A stretch of 64,000 bases of DNA from Enterococcus sp. Its GTDB lineage: Bacteria > Bacillota > Bacilli > Lactobacillales > Enterococcaceae. Shown one piece after another: positions 63,777 through 64,000 of the stretch (within the stretch, counting starts at the first letter, position 1; the number at the start of each line of letters is the position of its first letter). The notes below the pieces were generated by a model. That model ran no database searches, was not told the DNA's origin, and worked only from the letters and a program-made list of their open reading frames with translations. Location: contig NZ_JAWGOQ010000024.1 of assembly GCF_032555305.1 (NCBI RefSeq), forward strand, positions 11,033-75,032, given 5' to 3'. The translations under genes and the position numbers were made by a program.

Positions 63777-64000
63777 TTCGCATCCCCTCGCTTTTTCCAT
63801 TTTATATAACCAAAAGTATATCAGATTTTTTTTGCAAATTTTTCTAAATGTGGGTTCTTTCCCAGATTACCATTGCTAATTTATGGCAAAACGATTAATA
63901 TTGTTAGAAAACACTAAGGATTTTTCAATGAAACTGGTATATGAAATGAAAACCAGACACAAATTTTTCAATTTTGAAAAATTTACTCAAAAACGAATTA

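Overview
A 64 kb low-GC Firmicute chromosome segment, almost certainly Enterococcus (gene order comFC-hpf-secA-prfB-ftsEX-pst-phoU-liaXYZ-hprK-lgt-gpsA-galU-pepQ/ccpA-pbp1B-tyrS-nfo, then pgm-hom-thrCB-zur-rpsU-phoH-pgpH-ybeY-dgkA-era-recO); the species cannot be fixed from sequence alone. It is mostly core genome. I saw no transposase, prophage, rRNA, tRNA or CRISPR. Small accessory blocks are present: gdx-elaA-cls, AraC-VOC-Cdd1 pseudogene, MarR-NmrA, a trehalose operon, DUF2829-SDR-queT, proBA and metY-metA. Non-coding elements read directly from the sequence are the prfB +1 frameshift, a guanidine-IV riboswitch, a preQ1-II riboswitch, a Met T-box, and LiaR, TreR, cre, Pho and MarR sites. 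Two candidates stand out. (1) A ~110-160 bp two-stem repeat family with strong compensatory base changes, present as a head-to-tail array between secA and prfB and as dispersed copies mostly just downstream of terminators. (2) A chromosomal DUF2829/Tad2-like small protein, a family known as phage nucleotide-signal sponges, translationally coupled to an SDR next to the preQ1 transporter.
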